64,000 nucleotides of DNA, taken from positions 13,973 to 77,972 of the forward strand of contig JAZDHZ010000009.1 in assembly GCA_043805415.1 (NCBI GenBank). The letters are read 5' to 3'. The notes below the pieces were generated by a model. That model was not told the DNA's origin and did no database searches. It saw nothing but the letters and a program-made list of their open reading frames with translations. The stretch is from Candidatus Omnitrophota bacterium (GTDB taxonomy: Bacteria > Omnitrophota > Gorgyraeia > B26-G9). Below are positions 50,373 through 60,722 of the stretch, piece after piece. The position numbers were made by a program, and so were the translations under genes. Every line of letters starts with the position of its first letter. Within the stretch, counting starts at the first letter, position 1.

Positions 50373-50849
50373 ATGTGTCTAAGACTAAATTATGGTTTTA
50401 CGCTTGTGGAAATACTAATTGTTGTAGCCATAATTGCCATGCTTGCGGCTTTAGCAAGTCCAAATCTTTTATACGCGCGTTTAAATGCCAATGAAGCAAA
50501 TGCTCAGGGAAGTTTAAAAGTTATAGGAAGCGCTTGTGAGAGTTTTCGGCTTGTTCAGGTTATTCCGCAATTCCCGGCTGATTTAGCCGCTTTAACGGAT
50601 GATGATCCGCCTTATCTAGCGAGTATTATAGATACCGCGACAATCGGGGCTCCTAAAAACGGTTATAATTATACTTATACCAGAATTGGTTTTCAGCAAT
50701 TTGTTTGCTGCGCGACTCCTGCTATTTATAAGGCAACTGGGAGCAGGACTTTTGCTTTAAATGAATCCGGAGTGATTAGAGCAATTGATAATAATGGAGT
50801 TATTATTAATACTGAAGCTGGATATCTTGCAATGACTCCGACAAATTGA
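50373..50849 (+). CDS. Type IV pilin paralog 3
   Basis: YG|FTLVEILIV; ARLNANEANAQGSLK, TGSRTFALNESGVIR. Confidence 0.88.
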   Translation: MCLRLNYGFTLVEILIVVAIIAMLAALASPNLLYARLNANEANAQGSLKVIGSACESFRLVQVIPQFPADLAALTDDDPPYLASIIDTATIGAPKNGYNYTYTRIGFQQFVCCATPAIYKATGSRTFALNESGVIRAIDNNGVIINTEAGYLAMTPTN

Positions 50850-50911
50850 TAAGTAGCTAATTAAGTATAGAATTATTTTTTTACGTAAGTCATTTAAAAT
50901 AATGATTTTCA

Positions 50912-50940
50912 TTGACAAAAATAAAAAAAAATGGTAAATT
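50912..50940 (+). promoter_or_regulatory. Sigma70-type promoter upstream of the diguanylate cyclase
   Basis: TTGACA-17 nt-TAAATT with extended TG. Confidence 0.5.
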
Positions 50941-51203
50941 AAAAAAGTAATATATTGATGAAATATGTTTACTCATAAAAATGGAGTTTGAGAAATGACA
51001 GGGAAATGTCTTTCTATAAGAAGAAGCAAAATACCCGCTGATTCTTTATCTATCTGCAATGATGGTTTTTTTAAATTTTTTTCAAATTCTCTATCTTTAT
51101 TCTCCAACAAAGCTTATAATTTTCAGGTGCATGCAAAAAAAGATGCCAGCATTATGGTTTGCTGGGTGTGTCGCGGTAGTCTAAAAAAAGGATCTAGGCG
51201 GCA

Positions 51204-52475
51204 ATGGATAGATTGATAACCTTATTACCCTTTATCAGTGTTTTATTCTTAGTTGTTTTTTGGATTTTTAGTCCGAATATGGGCTCGGCGCTATTAACGA
51301 TTACGATTCCTTTTGTAATTTTTGCTTTTTACACTAATCTTAAGCGAAAACAGTTAATGCTGGAGCTGAAGGAAACAGTTAGATCCTTTCAAGCCGAAAA
51401 AGAAGAAATTATAAAAGAAATTCAAAAAAAAGAAAAAAAACAAAGAGAGCAATCAGAAGAATTAAGAGAATTTGGTAAAAGCCTTTCTACGGCAATTAAT
51501 AAAGACCAGCTTTTACGGTTGATTGTAAAAAATTTCAGCAAAGTAACTGAAACTGTTGAAGGGGAAAGTCAGTGTTTTCTTTTAACCCGGCAACAAGGCA
51601 CAGAAGAGTTTATTTACGAAGCCGGGCATAATTTTGACAGTAATACCTTGAAATCAACCCGGTTTAGTGAAAATGATGAAATTATTCAGTCAGTGGTAAA
51701 AACTAAAAAAATTCACACTTTTATTAGTGATATTTTTGGGGGCGATTCAAATATAAGGTACTTTCTTAAGGAAGAGAGAACTACTTATCTTTCTCAATTG
51801 GGGTCTTTAGCGCTTATCCCGCTTATAATGGAAGAGGAAGTTTGGGGAATTATAGTAGTTTTTTGTCGAGAAGGTTCTGCTGCGCATATAAAAAATGATG
51901 AGTCGTTTTTTAGGCTTTTAGTCACACAAGCTTCTATTGCTTTAGGCAGTGCTATTCATCGTGATCTGGCTTCGGTAGATAAATTAACTCAATTATATAA
52001 TCGGACTTTTTTGCAAAAACGGATGAAAGAGGAAATTGAGTTTTGCAATCGACAACTTCTGCCTTTGAGTCTTATGATGCTTGATATTGACCATTTTAAA
52101 GTGATTAATGATACCTATGGCCATCAAGAAGGCGATATGGTTTTGAAAAAAATAGCGCAAATTATCAGTAAAAGTGTTAGATTAACTGATATCTGCGCGC
52201 GTTATGGCGGTGAAGAGTTTGTTATTGTCTTGCCTGGAATTGAAGAAATCGCGAATGATAAGTTTTCCATTGCCGAAAAATTACGTCAAGGGGTGGAAAA
52301 TTCTGATTTTGTTGTTCTCGGGGATAAACATATAAAAGTTACGATTAGTGTGGGAGTTACAGTTCGCAGATATCCTAGTGATAAAGATTTAGGAATGAAT
52401 GAACTTATCCAAAGAGCTGATCAACTGCTTTATAAAGCGAAAAAAGAAGGCAGAAATAGAGTTTGTTATGCTTAG
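51204..52475 (+). CDS. Membrane-anchored GAF-GGDEF diguanylate cyclase
   Basis: 2 TM, coiled coil, GAF-like region, DIDHFKVINDTYGHQEGD, RLTD I-site, RYGGEEF. Confidence 0.93.
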   Translation: MDRLITLLPFISVLFLVVFWIFSPNMGSALLTITIPFVIFAFYTNLKRKQLMLELKETVRSFQAEKEEIIKEIQKKEKKQREQSEELREFGKSLSTAINKDQLLRLIVKNFSKVTETVEGESQCFLLTRQQGTEEFIYEAGHNFDSNTLKSTRFSENDEIIQSVVKTKKIHTFISDIFGGDSNIRYFLKEERTTYLSQLGSLALIPLIMEEEVWGIIVVFCREGSAAHIKNDESFFRLLVTQASIALGSAIHRDLASVDKLTQLYNRTFLQKRMKEEIEFCNRQLLPLSLMMLDIDHFKVINDTYGHQEGDMVLKKIAQIISKSVRLTDICARYGGEEFVIVLPGIEEIANDKFSIAEKLRQGVENSDFVVLGDKHIKVTISVGVTVRRYPSDKDLGMNELIQRADQLLYKAKKEGRNRVCYA

Positions 52476-52512
52476 TTTAAAGTAAAACCATTTTGCTAAA
52501 AATAGGAGCACA

Positions 52513-54189
52513 ATGTTTCAAAAAAGTATTGATTCAATAGGACTGGAAATTGGCGATGGTTTAGTTAAGGCAATGCATATGCGTTCCTCGGCTAAAGAAA
52601 ACAAACTTCTGGGATATGAAGTTGTTGCCGTGAATTTTAGAGAAGGCCGCCAAGGTATTGTAAACGCGATGAATGATGTCTTGAGCCGTCTTTCGCTGAA
52701 CAAGAAAAAACATAAAGTTAATATCTCGGTTTCTGGTGAATCAGTCATGGTCAGGGATATTCATTGGCCGCAAATGGCTGATGAAGAGATCCGTAAAGCT
52801 TTAAAGTTTGAAGTAGAAAGACAGGTACATTATAAAACAGATGAAATTGTATTTGATTATTATTCTGTTTTAGACAAAACTATCGCGGAGACAAAAACAA
52901 GAGTAATTCTTGTCGCGGCTAAAAAAGATCTTATTGAAAACTATGTTAGTCTTATTGATTCAACTGGGTATCAATGCGGGTTTATCGAAGTAGATACATT
53001 TAGCTTGCTAAATTGTTTTTACGTGAATGGGCCTAAAGTTCCCGCGGAAAAAACAATAGCAATAATTAATATCGGAATGGAAGTTACGAATATTGATATA
53101 ATCCGCGGTAAGATTGTGGGCTTAACAAAAGATGCTTTTGTTGCTTGGAGTAATCTTATTGACGCGTTGCCCGCGGAGGTTGAGTTAGATTTTTCCGATG
53201 TAACTTCGCTTAAAGGTGTGATGGGCACAGATGATGTTTATGAGTTAAGCCTGTTTATTATGAATGCTCTTTCAAATCAGATAAGGCGGACGATTGAGTT
53301 CTATGAAAGCCAAGGCCGTGATACTGTTGAAGAAATCTACTTAAGCGGAAAAGTATCGATGTATAAGAATTTAGATAAATATTTAAAAAACATTTTGGGA
53401 TTACAGGTTAGTATCTGGGATCCGCTGGCTAATGTCCAATATGATCCCAAACAGTTCGCGGATAAGAAACTTAAAGACCAGGGTTTAATGCTTGCCGTTT
53501 GTACTGGGCTTGCCTGTCATCGATCGTTTAATATTAATCTGGCGTCTAGTAAAAAAGAAATTAAAAAGAACAAGGTGATGAAATTTGTTAACCAAAATAA
53601 AATCTTGTTTTATATCGCGGCAATTGTTATTTTAACCTTGATAGGAGTTTGGGTTATTTTAGTCAGTCAAGTAAAAATGAAAGAAGCAAATAAGCATAGG
53701 CTGATTGAACAGAACCAAAAGCTGGAAGGGATTTTGCGGGACATTGATTATTTGAAGCAAGGCAGAGTCACTTTGCAACAGCATATGTTGATCGCCAAGA
53801 CTTTGCTTTCCCGGAGAATTATCTGGGGTAAGAAGTTTTATCAAATAAGTGAAAATTTGCCGGAAGAAATGTGGCTGACAGAATTATATATAAAGGAAGA
53901 ATTAGCGACTAAGATAAAATCCCAGTTTGATTCAATAACTGATATTGGAAGTTTTAATGCCATGGGTAGTCAGGAAAAAGAGAATATCCAGATATTGATT
54001 ATAAAAGGAACCGCGTTTTCCAAAGCAAATGATAAAATGCTTAAAATGATAAATGATTTTATTAATGCCCTGAAGTATAATCAGGATTTCGCGAAGGACT
54101 TTTTATCCATAGAATTAAAACGCTCACAACGTGTTGATATCGGTGATCGAGCGATTATGAAATTTAGCATGGAATGTGTTTTAAAATAA
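52513..54189 (+). CDS. pilM: Fused PilM-PilN alignment-complex protein
   Basis: Actin-like PilM region (IGLEIG, LVAAKKD, INIG, IYLSG), then FNINLA, a TM and a PilN-like domain (LPEEMWLTEL). Confidence 0.85.
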   Translation: MFQKSIDSIGLEIGDGLVKAMHMRSSAKENKLLGYEVVAVNFREGRQGIVNAMNDVLSRLSLNKKKHKVNISVSGESVMVRDIHWPQMADEEIRKALKFEVERQVHYKTDEIVFDYYSVLDKTIAETKTRVILVAAKKDLIENYVSLIDSTGYQCGFIEVDTFSLLNCFYVNGPKVPAEKTIAIINIGMEVTNIDIIRGKIVGLTKDAFVAWSNLIDALPAEVELDFSDVTSLKGVMGTDDVYELSLFIMNALSNQIRRTIEFYESQGRDTVEEIYLSGKVSMYKNLDKYLKNILGLQVSIWDPLANVQYDPKQFADKKLKDQGLMLAVCTGLACHRSFNINLASSKKEIKKNKVMKFVNQNKILFYIAAIVILTLIGVWVILVSQVKMKEANKHRLIEQNQKLEGILRDIDYLKQGRVTLQQHMLIAKTLLSRRIIWGKKFYQISENLPEEMWLTELYIKEELATKIKSQFDSITDIGSFNAMGSQEKENIQILIIKGTAFSKANDKMLKMINDFINALKYNQDFAKDFLSIELKRSQRVDIGDRAIMKFSMECVLK

Positions 54190-54198
54190 GGGAAAATA

Positions 54199-54792
54199 AT
54201 GAAAAAACAACTCGCTAAAAAAGATCAAATACTAATATCTGGAATTATTGGAATTTTCATAGTGGTTGTTCTGGTATTTGTCACAGTATTTCAGCCTTTA
54301 ATCGCGAAGATATTAGATTATAATAAGCAGGAAAAGCTGATTAATGAACAGCTTGCAAAAGTTGAAAGTATGTCTGCGGATAAAGAAAAACTATCGGTCG
54401 AGATAGAAAATATCGGCAAAAAAATTGAATATTTTGAAAAAAAATTGCCGCAACAGACCGATATTCCGGAAATACTTGAGGAGTTGATTAAAATCGGCGA
54501 AAAAAGCAATGTTACCTTTGTAATGATTGAGCCCCAGAATACCAAGCAAATAGCCGTGGGCGATTCTCAAGATAAAACTTATCTGGAAATTCCAATTGAA
54601 GTTAAGCTAAAAGCAGGGTTTCATCAGTTCGCGGAATTTGTTAATGGAGTAGAAAATTTTCAAAGATTCATGAAAGTAGATAATATAAAAATTACTTCAA
54701 AAGATGACAGTTCTGAGAAATTGCATGAGGCAAGTTTAACGGTCAGTGCTTTTGCGATAGAAAGAAATAAGGCTGATGAAAAAACTAATTAG
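54199..54792 (+). CDS. pilO: PilO
   Basis: TM, KLPQQTDIPEILEEL, YLEIPIEV, GFHQFAEF. Confidence 0.88.
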   Translation: MKKQLAKKDQILISGIIGIFIVVVLVFVTVFQPLIAKILDYNKQEKLINEQLAKVESMSADKEKLSVEIENIGKKIEYFEKKLPQQTDIPEILEELIKIGEKSNVTFVMIEPQNTKQIAVGDSQDKTYLEIPIEVKLKAGFHQFAEFVNGVENFQRFMKVDNIKITSKDDSSEKLHEASLTVSAFAIERNKADEKTN

Positions 54793-55219
54793 ATATAATT
54801 CAACATTTTTATTTTGGGCAATAATTATTTTAATAAATTCAATGCCGTGGAGCATTAATTATTTTGTTTTAACCGCACGTTGCGAGCAGTTAAATAAAGG
54901 GGAAGAAGAAACCGAAGTATTTGTTTACACCCGCGATGAACGACGGGATCCATTTGTTTCATTGATTGATAAAAGTGGAGATTATAGGGATAATGTGCCT
55001 AGTACAAAAGAAGAAATGATGGACTTGATTAAACTTATCAAGATTGGCGGAATTCTCTGGGATGAAGAAATGCCTTTGGCAATGATAAATAATGAGATTC
55101 ACAAAATTGGCGATATTATCAATAATCTAACAATTAAGCAAATTACCCCTGAATCAGTTACTTTTAGTTATTCTGATTTAACTCATACTATCACTATTAT
55201 TGAAAAGAAAAATTTTTGA
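54776..55219 (+). CDS. pilP: PilP-like protein
   Basis: RRDPF motif, GILWD; between pilO and pilQ. Confidence 0.7.
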   Translation: MKKLIRYNSTFLFWAIIILINSMPWSINYFVLTARCEQLNKGEEETEVFVYTRDERRDPFVSLIDKSGDYRDNVPSTKEEMMDLIKLIKIGGILWDEEMPLAMINNEIHKIGDIINNLTIKQITPESVTFSYSDLTHTITIIEKKNF

Positions 55220-55236
55220 ATGCCAAGGAGGAATTA

Positions 55237-56895
55237 ATGGAATCTGAAAAACTAATCTCAAGGAAGAGAATTGCTAGAATATTATTTTTATCTGCCGCGA
55301 TTTGGATTTTGGCAAGTATTGATTTGGGGCAATTATCTTATGCTGAGCAAAGCGCTCAGCCTGAGTCGCGCAACCAAGGGACTATAGAAGAAGCGGAAAA
55401 TGATGGAAAGTTAATTTCTATAACCCTTAAAGAAACTGATATTAGAGAGGTTTTAAACATTCTCGCGTTTAAGGGCGGCGTTAATATCGTTGCCGGAGAT
55501 GATGTTGATTCAAAAATTTCCGTGCAGCTGAAAGATGTTCCTTGGGAACAGGCGCTTGATGTGATCCTTAAAACTTATAATTATACTTATAAACGTGAAG
55601 GAAATCTTATTCGGGTTATGAGTTTGGCTCGAGCGCTTGAAGAAGAAGGCAAGACCCCGCTTAAAACTAAAATAATACCGCTTAATTTTGCTGATGTTAG
55701 CGGGTTAAAAGACTCTCTGAATAAGATGCTGAGCAAAAGAGGAACAATGGAAATTGATAAGCGGACTAATTCCTTGATTATTACAGATATTCCTGAAATG
55801 GTTGATGCCATCGAAGAATCATCTATTCAGCTTGACACGCTGACTCCGCAGGTATTGATTGAGGCAATGATGGTTGATATTAAAATAACCGATGCTAATC
55901 AATGGGGATCATTGATGAATATAATTGATTTGAAATCTCCGAACAATACTAATAATTTAAGTAATGATTTAACCACAGCGTTTACAAATCTTTTCAACTT
56001 TAGCACTGTAACGGAAAACTTTGACATAACTGGTACGATAAATATGCTTGTTGAAGAAGGGATGGCTTCAATTCTTGCTAATCCCAAGGTGCTTACTCTT
56101 GATAATCAAGCAGCCATGATAGAAATAACAACAGAAATTCCTTATTCTGAATCTGTTGATTCCGGCGGCGCGGTTACTACCACTATTAAGTTTAAAGACG
56201 CGGGAATTAAATTATCGGTTACGCCGCATGTTACCAGCGGTAGATTTATTTCGATGAATGTAATGCCTGAGCAAAGTTTTCAATCTGGTTTTGCTGAAGG
56301 AACAACGCAGCCGATTATTGATAAACGCAAAGCGGAAACAAATCTCCTGGTTAAAGATGGACAAACAATTGTTATCGGCGGATTAAGGCAGACAACTGAT
56401 AATTTAACTCAGCAAAAGTTTCCTTTTTTAGGTGATATCCCGTTCATGGGGCTATTTTTTAGAAACAAAATCAGGACTAAAGTCGAGACGGAACTAGTTA
56501 TTTTTGTAACTCCGCATATCATTGAAACATCACTTTTAACTGATAGAGAAATTGGATTGTTTGAAAAGCTGGATAATACAGCACGTTTAGTGGTTGATGA
56601 GCGTTCTGAAATGCAAAGATTTAAAGAGTTTATGAAACTTTCTAAAAAAGCTGAGAAAATTGCTGATCAAGAAACCAAGCGGATGAGAGTTGAAAAAAAT
56701 TCAAAAGCTGAATCAATGATTTCTAGTTCTCAATATGACGCGCAATCAGCGGAGCCATTAATAACTCAGAAAAAAGAGCAGGAAGATACTTATCATCAAA
56801 AAGAGCAGGAAGATGCTTATCATCCGAATGATTCCTTGGACTATGAAGCCAATAAATTCAGAGAATCAATTAATCTGTTAAAAAATGAATATTAG
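55237..56895 (+). CDS. pilQ: Secretin PilQ
   Basis: VPWEQALDVIL, IDKRTNSLII, QVLIEA, DGQTIVIGG, PFLGDIP, TELVIFVTPHI. Confidence 0.93.
   Translation: MESEKLISRKRIARILFLSAAIWILASIDLGQLSYAEQSAQPESRNQGTIEEAENDGKLISITLKETDIREVLNILAFKGGVNIVAGDDVDSKISVQLKDVPWEQALDVILKTYNYTYKREGNLIRVMSLARALEEEGKTPLKTKIIPLNFADVSGLKDSLNKMLSKRGTMEIDKRTNSLIITDIPEMVDAIEESSIQLDTLTPQVLIEAMMVDIKITDANQWGSLMNIIDLKSPNNTNNLSNDLTTAFTNLFNFSTVTENFDITGTINMLVEEGMASILANPKVLTLDNQAAMIEITTEIPYSESVDSGGAVTTTIKFKDAGIKLSVTPHVTSGRFISMNVMPEQSFQSGFAEGTTQPIIDKRKAETNLLVKDGQTIVIGGLRQTTDNLTQQKFPFLGDIPFMGLFFRNKIRTKVETELVIFVTPHIIETSLLTDREIGLFEKLDNTARLVVDERSEMQRFKEFMKLSKKAEKIADQETKRMRVEKNSKAESMISSSQYDAQSAEPLITQKKEQEDTYHQKEQEDAYHPNDSLDYEANKFRESINLLKNEY
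56771..56824 (+). repeat. In-frame 27-bp tandem duplication in the PilQ tail
   Basis: AAAAAGAGCAGGAAGAT(A/G)CTTATCATC x2. Confidence 0.8.
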
Positions 56896-56946
56896 TAAAA
56901 CTAAACGTATATAATTCTGGAAACCTATCCAATTATGTCAGGGGGC

Positions 56947-56974
56947 TTGACAATCAGATATTTAAGAGTATAAT
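56947..56974 (+). promoter_or_regulatory. Sigma70-type promoter of rimP-nusA-infB
   Basis: TTGACA-16 nt-TATAAT. Confidence 0.7.
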
Positions 56975-57005
56975 AAAATAACTGCAATCAAGAGTTTTAG
57001 ACAAT

Positions 57006-57032
57006 AAGTGGGAATTGTTTCCCGCTTTTTTT
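57006..57032 (+). promoter_or_regulatory. rimP leader attenuator-like hairpin
   Basis: AAGTGGGAA-TTGT-TTCCCGCTTTTTTT immediately upstream of rimP. Confidence 0.7.
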
Positions 57033-57046
57033 GTGGAGTAAAACAT

Positions 57047-57505
57047 ATGGAATTGGCTGAGAAACTAAAAAAGGTCGTAGAAGATATACTTAAAGATCAG
57101 CCAGGTGTTGAACTGGTGGATCTGACTAGCAGAGCTCAGGGCGGTAATCAGCTGATAACAGTGCTGGTGGATACGGAAAAAGGCATACTTTTAGACCAGT
57201 GCGTGAAAATTAATAAACTTATTGGGCAGCGGCTTGAAGAAAATGAGGTTTTTAAAACAAAATATAAAATTGAGGTTTGTTCTCCGGGGATGGATCGGGT
57301 GCTTAAGACAACTTCTGATTTTAAAAGGGTTTGCGGTAAAACTATAAGGCTGACAACCTTAGAGCCGATATTAAATGACCGTGTTGTAGTTGGGGTTCTT
57401 AATCAAGTTATTGATAATAAGATTGTAGTGGGAATCAGCCAAGATAATCAAGTAGAAATAAATCTAGATAATATTAAACAAGCGAGATTGGAAATTAGGT
57501 GGTAG
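57047..57505 (+). CDS. rimP: Ribosome maturation factor RimP
   Basis: GILLDQC, YKIEVCSPGMDRVL; precedes nusA. Confidence 0.92.
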   Translation: MELAEKLKKVVEDILKDQPGVELVDLTSRAQGGNQLITVLVDTEKGILLDQCVKINKLIGQRLEENEVFKTKYKIEVCSPGMDRVLKTTSDFKRVCGKTIRLTTLEPILNDRVVVGVLNQVIDNKIVVGISQDNQVEINLDNIKQARLEIRW

Positions 57506-57507
57506 CT

Positions 57508-58656
57508 ATGAGTAATGAGCTTTTATCAGTATTGGACTATATCGAAAGGGAAAAAGGTATTGACCGGGAAATTATTGTCAGTGCTATAGAATCGGCTTTG
57601 CTTTCTGCCGCGAAAAAACGCTATGGCGAAGACGCGGATTTAAAGGTTTCCATTGATTCAAAAACAGGCGATATTTCGGTTATGCATGATGGAGCGGATG
57701 TTAAATCCGGAGAATTTGGAAGAATTGCCGCTCAAACCGCTAGACAGATAATCACGCAAAAGATTCGCGAAGCAGAGCGGGAAGTAATTTTTCAAGACTA
57801 TCAGACAAAAGTTGGTGATATTACAAATGGGATTGTCCATAGATTTGAAAAAGGTAATATTATTGTAGACCTGGGTAAATCAGAAGGGGTCTTATCGTTC
57901 AAAGAGATTTTGCCTAAAGAAGAATTTAAGCAAGGCAATAGAGTCCGCGCGCTGATTGTTGATGTTAAAAAAACCAACAAAGGTCCGCAGATTGTCCTGT
58001 CCAGAACTAATGCTGGCTTTGTGAGCCGATTATTTGAATTAGAGGTGCCGGAGATATATGAGGGAATTGTTGAGATCAAAGCAATTGCCCGCCTGGCTGG
58101 AGAACGAACTAAAGTGGCAGTTTCCTCAAAAGATGAAAAAATTGATTGTGTGGGAGCTTGTGTGGGAGTCAGAGGCTCACGGATTAAAAATATAGTCCGG
58201 GAACTTCAGGGCGAAAAAGTAGATATTGTCCGCTGGAGCGAAGACATAAAAGAATATGTTAAAGCAGCGATTAGTCCGGCCAAGGTGGCTAATATTGAGC
58301 TCTATCCTGATGAGAGAAAAATGGATATTGAAGTTGATGATGACCAGCTTTCGCTGGCGATTGGAAAACGCGGCCAAAATGTAAGGCTGGCTTCTAAAAT
58401 AGTTAATTGGTCAATTAATATAAAAAATCAATCGCAAGTAGTAATAAATCAGGAAGAAGAAAAAACAGAAAAGCATGAATCAGTTTTAGATAAGATTTCC
58501 GGAATTGGCAAAAAAACTCTTGATGCGCTTGTGGAAGCTGGTTTTGATGATATTAATGTCTTAAATAAGTCAACCGCGGAAGATCTTACTAAAGTAAAAG
58601 GCGTGGGGAAAAAACGCGCTGAACAAATCATTGAAGAATTAAAAGATCTTACTTAA
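57508..58656 (+). CDS. nusA: Transcription termination factor NusA
   Basis: FGRIAAQTARQ, LFELEVPEI, GACVGVRGSRI, LAIGKRGQNVRLA. Confidence 0.97.
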   Translation: MSNELLSVLDYIEREKGIDREIIVSAIESALLSAAKKRYGEDADLKVSIDSKTGDISVMHDGADVKSGEFGRIAAQTARQIITQKIREAEREVIFQDYQTKVGDITNGIVHRFEKGNIIVDLGKSEGVLSFKEILPKEEFKQGNRVRALIVDVKKTNKGPQIVLSRTNAGFVSRLFELEVPEIYEGIVEIKAIARLAGERTKVAVSSKDEKIDCVGACVGVRGSRIKNIVRELQGEKVDIVRWSEDIKEYVKAAISPAKVANIELYPDERKMDIEVDDDQLSLAIGKRGQNVRLASKIVNWSINIKNQSQVVINQEEEKTEKHESVLDKISGIGKKTLDALVEAGFDDINVLNKSTAEDLTKVKGVGKKRAEQIIEELKDLT

Positions 58657-58686
58657 TAAAATTCATCAACTTTAGAAAAGGATGTT

Positions 58687-60714
58687 ATGGGCGTAAGAGT
58701 ATACGAATTAGCAAAAGAATTTGGAATTAGCAGTAAGGATATGGTTCTGAAGCTTAAACAACTGCATGTCAGTGTTAAAGGGCATATGAGCGCTATTGAT
58801 GAAGATACTGCGGAGTTGGTTCGTCATGAATTTGCCCAAAACCATACTAAAAAAATAAAAGCCCCAAAAGATGAAATAAAAAAAGCTGTTAAAAAAGAAA
58901 TTGGAAAAGAAGTTAAAAAAGAAGCGGAAAGGGAAGTTAAAAAAGAAGAAAAACCAGTGATAAAAACAGTTACTGGGAAAATCCCGCTGAGTGTTAAAGA
59001 ACTTTCCGCCAAAATACAAATTAATCCAGCGGAGATAATTAAAAAGCTGATGAATTTAAAAATCATGGCAACAGTTAATCAAAGTTTGGATAAAGATGTC
59101 TTAGAGCTGATTTGTTTGGAATTTGGTTTTAATTTTGAAAAAGAGCTTAACGCGGAAGAAAAACTTTTGGTAAAACACACTCAAACTGATGATAAAGCTA
59201 CGCATTCAAGACCGGCAGTTGTAACTTTAATGGGTCATGTTGACCATGGCAAAACATCATTACTTGATGTGATAAGAAAGTCTAATCTTACGAATAAAGA
59301 ATCAGGTGGAATTACTCAGCATATCGGGGCTTATGAAGTTAGTCTTGAAAAAGGGAACATAACTTTTCTTGATACTCCCGGCCATCAGGCTTTTACTGCC
59401 ATGCGTGCTCGGGGGGCAAATATCACTGATATTGTAATTATCGTGGTGGCTGCTGACGATGGAATAATGCCGCAGACTATTGAAGCGATTAATCATGCTA
59501 AAGCCGCAAACGTACCGATAGTTGTGGCGATTAATAAAATGGATGTGCGGGGAGCTGATATTGATAATGTAAAACGTCAATTAGCCGAGATTGGTTTAAC
59601 GCCGGAAGATTGGGGCGGAAAGACTATGGCTATACCTGTTTCAGCAAAGGAAGGTACTGGAGTTGATTATTTGCTTGAAATGATAATTCTTGAGGCTGAG
59701 ATGCTGGAATTAAAAGCCAATAAAGAAGGCTTAGCGCGGGGCGCGATTATCGAAAGTAAGCTTTCAAAAGGCAGCGGTCCGACAGCGACTATTCTTGTGC
59801 AAAATGGAACATTAAGAATTGGCGATATCTTTGTTTGCGGTAATACTTTCGGCAAAGTGCGTTCTATGCTCAATGATCGTGGACAGCGGATTGAGCAAGC
59901 CGGACCTTCTGTGCCAGTGGAAATATCGGGTTTATCGCAGGTTCCTCAGGTAGGCGATGAGTTTTTTGCTGTTGAGGATGAAAAAAAAGCCAAAGAAATA
60001 TGTATGAACAAGCATGAAGCTTCCAGACGGGAAAGACTTATCCCGGCGCAAAGAGCGACATTGGAGCAGATTTTTGAGCAAGCGCAAACTGGTAAAATAA
60101 AAGAGCTGTTTTTAATAATAAAAGCTGATGTGCAGGGCTCATTAGAAGCATTGAGTACTTCTTTACAGGAATTATCCACTGATGATATCCGGGTTAGGAT
60201 TATTCATTCTCAGGTCGGAAATATAAATGAGTCGGATGTTATGCTGGCAATAGCGAGTAAAGCGATTATTCTTGGTTTTCATGTGGGTGTTGAGCTAAAG
60301 GCTAATGAAACTGCTGAAAAAAAAGGTGTGGATATCAGGTTGTATAGAATTATTTATGAAGCAATCAATGAAGTGCGTCTGAGCATGGAAGGTTTGCTTG
60401 CCCCAACAATAAAAGAAACTTTTCTTGGCAGGGCAAAAGTATTGCAGATTTTTAAGGTTTCAAAGGTGGGCAAGATTGCTGGTTCGATTGTGGTTAAAGG
60501 TAAGTTTATTCGCACCGCTGATCTAGTAAGGCTTTTTCGCGGCGAGCAATGTATTTTTGAAGGCAAATTAGATTCATTAAAACGATACAAAGATGATGTT
60601 AAAGAAGTTGGAGAAGGTCTTGAATGCGGAATAGCGATTGATAAATTCAGCTCAATTGAGCCGGATGATATCATTGAATGCTTCCGGATTGAAAAGATCG
60701 CTCGCAAATTGTAA
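58687..60714 (+). CDS. infB: Translation initiation factor IF-2
   Basis: RVYELAKE, MGHVDHGKTSLLD, FLDTPGH, KADVQGS. Confidence 0.98.
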   Translation: MGVRVYELAKEFGISSKDMVLKLKQLHVSVKGHMSAIDEDTAELVRHEFAQNHTKKIKAPKDEIKKAVKKEIGKEVKKEAEREVKKEEKPVIKTVTGKIPLSVKELSAKIQINPAEIIKKLMNLKIMATVNQSLDKDVLELICLEFGFNFEKELNAEEKLLVKHTQTDDKATHSRPAVVTLMGHVDHGKTSLLDVIRKSNLTNKESGGITQHIGAYEVSLEKGNITFLDTPGHQAFTAMRARGANITDIVIIVVAADDGIMPQTIEAINHAKAANVPIVVAINKMDVRGADIDNVKRQLAEIGLTPEDWGGKTMAIPVSAKEGTGVDYLLEMIILEAEMLELKANKEGLARGAIIESKLSKGSGPTATILVQNGTLRIGDIFVCGNTFGKVRSMLNDRGQRIEQAGPSVPVEISGLSQVPQVGDEFFAVEDEKKAKEICMNKHEASRRERLIPAQRATLEQIFEQAQTGKIKELFLIIKADVQGSLEALSTSLQELSTDDIRVRIIHSQVGNINESDVMLAIASKAIILGFHVGVELKANETAEKKGVDIRLYRIIYEAINEVRLSMEGLLAPTIKETFLGRAKVLQIFKVSKVGKIAGSIVVKGKFIRTADLVRLFRGEQCIFEGKLDSLKRYKDDVKEVGEGLECGIAIDKFSSIEPDDIIECFRIEKIARKL

Positions 60715-60722
60715 TTTAGCCA

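Noticed and set aside
50995-51216. 73-aa ORF upstream of the diguanylate cyclase
   Set aside because: No recognisable motif; may be untranslated leader, so not enough support to call.
51204-52475. Hypr GGDEF (cGAMP synthase)
   Set aside because: Retains the canonical Asp in GHQEGD rather than Ser/Thr.
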